DNA from: the human T2T-CHM13v2.0 reference genome, Homo sapiens
Assembly (NCBI RefSeq): GCF_009914755.1
Contig: NC_060927.1
Reading direction: 5' to 3' (one strand)
Length of the DNA stretch: 64,000 nucleotides
Below the pieces are notes generated by a model. It saw nothing but the letters and a program-made list of their open reading frames with translations, was not told the DNA's origin and ran no database searches. Both the position numbers and the translations under genes were made by a program. How positions within the stretch are numbered: position 1 is the stretch's first letter; each line of letters begins with the position of its first letter. Of this stretch, positions 56,520 to 64,000 are shown piece by piece.

Positions 56520-57750
56520 TTTAATAACAGCTTTATTGAGACATAATTCACATCTATAAAATTCCCCCTTTTAGAATGAACTTTTCAGTGGTTTTTAGTA
56601 TATTTACATAGTTGTATAATCATCAGCACTATCTAATTTCAGAACCTTTTCATAACCCTAAAAAGAAAGCCCACACCTATTAGCAGTCACTCCCCATTTC
56701 CCTTTCCCAACAGCCCTTGAAACCATTAATCTACTTCCTATCTCTATCAATGTTTCTATTCTGGACCATTCATAGATTTAGAATCATACAATACATGACC
56801 CTTTGTAACTGGCTTCTTTCACTTAGCATAATGTTTTCAAAGTTCATCCATGTTGTAGTATCCATCAGTACTTCATCCTTTTTTATGCTTTGAATAATAC
56901 TCCACTGTATGGTTATACTACGTTTTGTTTATCCATTCCTTAGTTGGACATCTGGGCTGTTTCTACTTTTTGGCTGTTATAAATAATGCTGCCATGAACA
57001 TCTATGTATTAAGTTTTGTGTGGACATATGTTTTCAACTTTCCAGATACATACCTAGAAGTGAATTATCAGGTCATATGATAATTATGTTTATTTTGAGA
57101 AACTATGAAACTGTTTTCCAAAGCAGCTGTAACATCTTACAATCCCATCAGCAATGCATGAGGGTTCCAATTTCTTCACATCTTCATCATTTGTTATTGT
57201 CTTTTTAATTTTAATTATCCTTGTGGGGCTGAAGTAGTTTTAATTTGCATTTCCCCACTGAGCAATAATACTGAGTGTCTTTTGCCATTTCATATGTCTT
57301 CTTTGGAAAAATGTCTATTCAAATCCTTTTCCCATTTTTAAATTGGGTAATTTGTCTTTTTATTGTTGAGTTATAAGAGTTCTTTATATATTCTGGATAC
57401 AAGTCCCTTATAAGATATATGATTTGGAAATATTTTCTCTTATTCCTTGGATTATCTTTTTACTTTTTTGATGATGTCCTTTGAAACACAAAAGTTTTAA
57501 ATTTTGATAATGTCCAATTTATCTATATTTTCTATTGTCATTTATGCTTTTGGTGTTATACGTAAGGAAACATTATTTAATATCACAAAGATTTACTTCT
57601 GTTTTATTCCATTAGTTTTATAGTTTTGCTTTTACATGTAGATCTTCGATCCATTTTAGGTGAAATTTTGTATATGGCATAAATAATGTGAGAGTCCAAC
57701 GTCACTGTTTTTCATGTGGATATCCAATTATCTCAGTGCCTTTTGCTGAA
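56520..57750 (-). mobile_element. L1MB 3' fragment
   Basis: ttaataacagctttattgagacataattcaca...ggcttctttcacttagcataatgttttc...catgtggatatccaatt. Confidence 0.85.
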
Positions 57751-58324
57751 TAACTTAGGTTTTGAATCAAGATATAATAATGATCGATTAACAGGTTAAG
57801 ATCCTTGTCTGAAACAGCCTTTCTTTTTTTCAATTCTATCACCCTTTTTCATTCCTTTCCTTATGTGTAAAATGCCATTTATTGTACTAATATTTGGAAG
57901 TCCTATCTTTTACTGAAGATTATTATTACCAATTATGGGAAAGTGAAGCGCTCTGGCTGGTTATTTCCTCATCTACAGAATTCAGGGCTTGGACCTAGAT
58001 TTTTCAGCTCACCGAGACCCTGGTTAATATGAATTTAGCATACATCGCATCCACATATTGTCACTTTAAAAATAATTAACATGTTATAAAATCCCATAGC
58101 ATTAAAATTGCTATCAAGTAATATAATGTTTCTTCGAAAGGACTAAATTTAAACTTGGAAAAAAAATAGGATTCTGGTGATGGTGAGGGAGTATTTTTAA
58201 GGGAGAGATAGTGAACCCTATCAGGTGCAACAGAGAATAATCTCCAATAAAGGAGCTCTGCATTTAGCAGCAAGGACACCATTGGTGACCTTTGAGAGAA
58301 ATCTCAATAATTGGTGGGTGAAAT

Positions 58325-58600
58325 GGGTAATTTTATGTGTCAACCTGGCTAGACTGTAGTTCCCGGTAGTGCCCACCTAATCTAATTGTTGCTCTGAAGG
58401 TATTTTGTAAACGCACAATCAGTTGACTTTAAGTAAAGGAAAAATTTTTTGATAATCTGGGTGGTCCTCATCCAATCTTAAGAGCAAAGCTGAGGTTTCT
58501 CTGAAGAAGAAGAAATCCAGGCTGTTGGCCTGCCCTACAGATTTCAAGCTTGTCAGATTCCACAACTGCATAAGCCAATTCCTTGAAATCTGTCTCTTTG
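58325..58600 (+). mobile_element. MLT2-type ERVL LTR fragment followed by AT-rich simple sequence
   Basis: taattttatgtgtcaacctggctag...aatcagttgactttaagtaaagg...taagccaattccttgaaat. Confidence 0.75.
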
Positions 58601-58805
58601 TATGCATATACATATATATGAATGTACATGCACACATAAATGCTATTATATAACATAATATACCTAATATATTATACAAACTTATAATTATGTATCATAT
58701 ATAATTATATATTATTATATATTCCATACATATATACACACTGATTTTATATATCTATAAAATATATCTGATTTTATATATTTATCTATAGATATGATAT
58801 ATCTA

Positions 58806-58806
<1 letters not shown>

Positions 58807-58850
<44 letters not shown>
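58807..58850. repeat. (ATCT)11 tetranucleotide STR
   Basis: Read directly from the sequence. Confidence 0.95.
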
Positions 58851-58851
<1 letters not shown>

Positions 58852-61800
58852 CCTATCATCGAGAGAGAGAGGAGAGAGAAATGTTTGCCAGGAAAATAAA
58901 GGGGAGACCAGAGGGCAGCTAGTAAAGCATTTTGGGTATTTGGGAGAGCGAAGGGGTTTCAACTAGTTGAATCTAACAAGCAAAGTATTGTATTCAGACA
59001 CTCCACAATAGAACCCCTTGGTTATATTTAATAAAGTTTTTTTTAAAAATAGAACTAACTTTTTTTACATTTATCTCCCAACTTTTTTGTAAATATGCAC
59101 TGAGTAGTTTAACTTTATGATCTCATGGTATAATTTTAGGATCTGGACTCCCATTAAAAGTTTCTCTCTTTCACTGAGTGCCAACTACTTGGATTGCATG
59201 CTTAGTGGCAAGAAACGATCAATCAGGCTCCATAACATTTTCCTTATAAATTCCCCCTTTTTACATGTTGGCAGACATCATTTAAAAAGTCACAAAAGAA
59301 TCATCAGGGGGAAAATCATAAAAACAGCAAGTAAAAATTGTAACTTCTATACTAGCCATGGAATCATGGCTATCATGGAATCATAATTAATCATGGAACA
59401 ACATAATTAGAAGTTCATTGGATAAAGTCAAGGAAATATATGCTTTATAAAATGTAAGGAAGTACTGATAATGTCAGAGAAGTAAGGATTTTACTTTCTT
59501 ATCTAAGTCCACAAGATGATACAGTCTTCTAATTACACATTACAAGCGTAAATTTACATTCTAAAGTGCATGCTGTAAGGGAAAAAAGAAAGGATTTGGC
59601 TTACTTTCGTGCAGAGCTGGATACAGTAGTCTACAAACAAGCTGGCATATGTTGACATAATTTGATTAAATACTGTCTAGCTATAATTTAAGCCCTGTTA
59701 CACTCTATTGATTGCATCCTAGGGCTATGTTAGCTTTGAAAAACTTCAGCTTTGTCAATGAGCGTCAGGTTTACTGGGCTACTAAAAAAAGTGTAGTTAA
59801 TGAATCAGTGAAACTGCCTTGAGTATGGTGATGGAGTTTTGTTCTGGAAGAACTCCATGAAGATATTATATAAGCATGAAATCTGAATTTTCTTGAGTCT
59901 AGTGACTTTCAATCTTTTTGATGTCTTAGATATTATTGTGTAATGCTTGGTTCTCAGCATGAGAGTACAGTATTTGTCAGGGAAGACTATGGTAATAATG
60001 TGTATATAGATCTTCAACTGATTCTAAAATTTGAAGAAAGCCTCCGTTAATTTGCTGGGATTATATGTTAACAGATATCATTCATAGTAATCTGGGGTCT
60101 TTACTTTTCTAGAAAATTTTACTTTTACATTAAATTTTACATTAAACATCATATAAATCACTGAGTGGTGTGTACTATCATTAGCTAAGAGGTTACTGGT
60201 TAGTTAGGTTATATCGTTAAGTGCATTCTTCTTAATAATTTTCAGTATTTATCCTTTGGGAGGACAGAAAAACAAACTGCATATGATAGAAGCCCTTTAG
60301 AAAGGCTGACTTGTGTTGTCATGGTTAGATAAAATGGATTTTAACAGACAAATCTGTTAAAGTAATAGATTACTGAAAAGTAATATATTAGTATCAAAGC
60401 TTTTCTATGAGTAGCTGTATAGATACTTGCTGCTTGATATCTTTTAATCGTGACAGTTGCTATAAATAATATGAACTAAACCACAAATTACATTGAAATA
60501 TAATTTGTTAATTTCTCATGAGAGAACGTGGAGATTATAAAGTTCTTGATAGAAAGGACTCTAATTTACTTTATTGTCACCAGTAGCATAGGATCTGGTA
60601 TATAATAGGCATTAAACATTTTTTATGAATAAATTAATAAATCAATTAATTGAGTCATTGACTGAGGAATATTTATTCTGATCCAGCATTGGCCCTAATA
60701 ATTAGTTTTTAATAAGGTGATGGGTTGATATAAACTCTGACCTTCAACTATGAAACTGTATGCACTCTTAGCTCAGAGGCCAGATTAAAATTCAATCTGA
60801 TGAAAACTAGAGACCTGTTACGAGGTAGTGAGAACTCATCTGTAGATATATTTGAGAGTTGACTGATTAAAGGGAGTAAAAGTTCATAGCCTCATCCAGT
60901 CATCCTCCTATTGCAAAATAGAGGGGATTTAATGACTGTGTGTTCGGTGTTCTCTTGATGAAGATCAGATATCCATTGTTTGACAGACTGAATATTATGC
61001 TCATTTGGTCAACCCACTCTTTTCCTAATTTTGCAGGGGGTAGATATTATTATGAATGCATTCTGGCTTATTCTTAGTATATACTACTTTCATCAGTCTG
61101 CCAATATTCCTCTCTCCTCAATTCAAGCCCCAGAAATGGGCAGTTCACGGTCGGTTTTATTAGATTTTACAAGAGATGTTAAACACTTAGAGAGCAAGCT
61201 TTCCAGCTTTCCATTTGGCATCCTTATTTAGGCAAATTATTGTATGCAGTTGCCTAATTGTTAGTCACAGCAGGCCTAAAATTACAAAACTGCTTGAGAT
61301 ATGTTTGTCTAGAAGCTGTTCAATTTCAATTGTCAGCCTCCAACAGTAATGTTGGTAGAATAATCATGATGCATTTCTAGTATACTAAAACTAATCTGTA
61401 GTAAAATTAATCTACTTATTTTATTTGGTCCTTTCACTCAACAAGTACAAATGGCACACATGCATGGCTAAGTCCAAAAGGAGATACAAAGTATGAGAAA
61501 CAGTTCCTGCCTTTCAGGAATTAAATTCTAATTGGTCGATTTCTCTTATCTATTGAGAAGCTAGGGTAGCCCCATTAATGAGAGTTTATTTTGGCAAAGA
61601 CTACCAAAAGAAGTATAATTTAAGTCTTAGAATATAATTTTAAAGGTAGAATCAAGAATGAAGATATTTGCTATTTTTGCTAATTTGCATTGTTATGGAG
61701 GTCCAAACCGATGTAATAAGATAAGAAAAAATATTATATAATACAATTAAAAAAAAAACAGAAATAAACCTATATCTTTGAATATGGATAGAAAACTATC

Positions 61801-61943
61801 TGAGAGAATAAACTAGGTGATTAAAAGTGGTTGTTTTAATAAGTGGGGCTGTGAAGTTAAAAGGAAGTTAGTTTTCTTTTACTTGTTCTCTCCCCCCACT
61901 TCAGTGAAGTCTGAATTTTATGTTCTACCACAAATATGTATAA

Positions 61944-62247
<304 letters not shown>

Positions 62248-62300
62248 AACTGATTGCATTTTTGAGTTAAAAAAAAATCAAGGAATTAACAAAAGCATGA

Positions 62301-62658
<358 letters not shown>

Positions 62659-62934
62659 AGAAGCAGATTTTAAGGGCTGGGGGATGGAGTCAAAGATTGG
62701 AGAGCAGGTCGGGTGAGAGCAGAAAATTATCAATAAAATGGAAAGACTGACTGGGGACCATTCATCTGTGACAAAACTATGACAATGAGCTTTTATGTGC
62801 ATCATGAAGTGTGGTGTGCCCATGTGCTTAAATGGTCAGAATAGGGCTGAAAATGGGAATGTGCACAAAGTAATCTATTTCAAATACTTAAGCACAGAAA
62901 GGTACTATCTGATTTACATTTTCTTCTCACCTCT

Positions 62935-63170
62935 GTATTTAAAAATATTTTAAACTTATGGGAAATTTGAAAAAAAGGTACAGTGAACATCTATATACTC
63001 TTCATCTAATTGCACTAAATGCAGTTGCCTAATTGTTAGTCACAGCAGTTGTTAATATTTTGTGCCCTCTATGTCTGTTGATATACATTTTTCCTGAAAA
63101 CATTTGAAAGTAGGTTGCAGACATCATGGCATTTCACCCCTAAATATTTTCTAATATATATAACACAGAT
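62935..63170 (-). mobile_element. Old L1 (L1MC/MD/ME) 3' end fragment
   Basis: gtacagtgaacatctatatactcttcatcta...gttgttaatatttt...aggttgcagacatcatggcatttcacccctaaata. Confidence 0.65.
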
Positions 63171-64000
63171 AACTGTCAAATAGTAATAATAGCTATTGGT
63201 TTTAGACCTCTTAACGTGTGCCTGACCCTGTAATAAATACTTCGCATACATTAGCTAATTAATCCTTATAACAGTCCCTTGAGGAAGATCTGATTGACGT
63301 CCATTTTATTGATGAAGACCAAGATGAGAATCAAGCTGATCCCTGACTGACTCCAAAGTCCCTGCTTAAAAAAACAAGGCAGGATATAGTTGAGGCCTTA
63401 GTGAGTGAACTGACATTAAGTTTCCATTGAACTTCAGAGCACGGAGCAATCATGGCAGACCTCAGTAAAGCATTGTTACCGCTTCATCCTCAGATTCCAC
63501 AGTGGTTTAGAAATGTTTTCCAGAAATGGATACCTTGAGCTGAACTGACAGAGACGGTTTTCTCTCCTTTACTAGGAACTTATGTCCTGAAATCACTGAC
63601 ATTTAGATATCCATTTTCCCTTTTCGTTTCCAGAAGTAAAATCAACTCTATGTAAACATTTACTTCTCATCAGCTTTTCCTTACGTATAACTGCCATTAC
63701 ATGCTCTCAAATCAAAGGGTATTACAATACATATTATATGAAATTTACGTTACTCTGATGACATTAACTATTTTCCTGGGGAAAGGTAATAGATCACTTT
63801 AAAACGTTTTCTTTGAATAGCTGTATAGAGACTTTTTAAATCATAGGAGCTGCCATAGCAGGTCTCTTTCTAATGTATATAGTAATGTTATGTGTGCAAA
63901 TATATCATCTGGAATGCACAATATCGTAAGTGCGAAACTAAACATGGTTCATAACTCAATAAAACAAAAGTGAGGCTGTGCCAAAACAACTTTGCTCTTC

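Noticed and set aside
63534-63586. Possible 53-nt minus-strand exon (HKFLVKERKPSLSVQLK)
   Set aside because: Weak donor (gtatcc), short pyrimidine tract, and phase incompatible with the preferred 49898 acceptor

Overview
This window is eukaryotic, AT-rich primate genomic DNA. AluY, AluS, FLAM/FAM and MLT2A1 elements point to a catarrhine primate, most likely human. It reads as intronic or intergenic sequence dominated by interspersed repeats: MIR, L2, old L1M fragments, MaLR/ERVL/ERV1 solo LTRs, hAT-Charlie and Tigger DNA transposons, and seven Alu-family insertions. I found no CpG island, rRNA, tRNA, CRISPR array or recognisable full gene, and I could not identify the locus. Nearly all listed ORFs look like chance or repeat-derived frames. 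Repeat subfamily names come from remembered consensus sequences and most boundaries are approximate. The most notable observations are: (1) a candidate minus-strand terminal coding exon at 49789-49898, absent from the ORF track, whose CpGs lie mostly in Arg codons; (2) a nearby CpG-retaining RFX/GC-box/AP-1 block; (3) two templated-insertion scars in old L1 fragments, an exact 30-bp copy from 1.8 kb away and a local inverted copy; (4) a nested transposon stack at 12.2-14.4 kb; and (5) a near full-length MLT2A1 LTR with DUX4-like sites. I see no evidence for a wholly new biological system.
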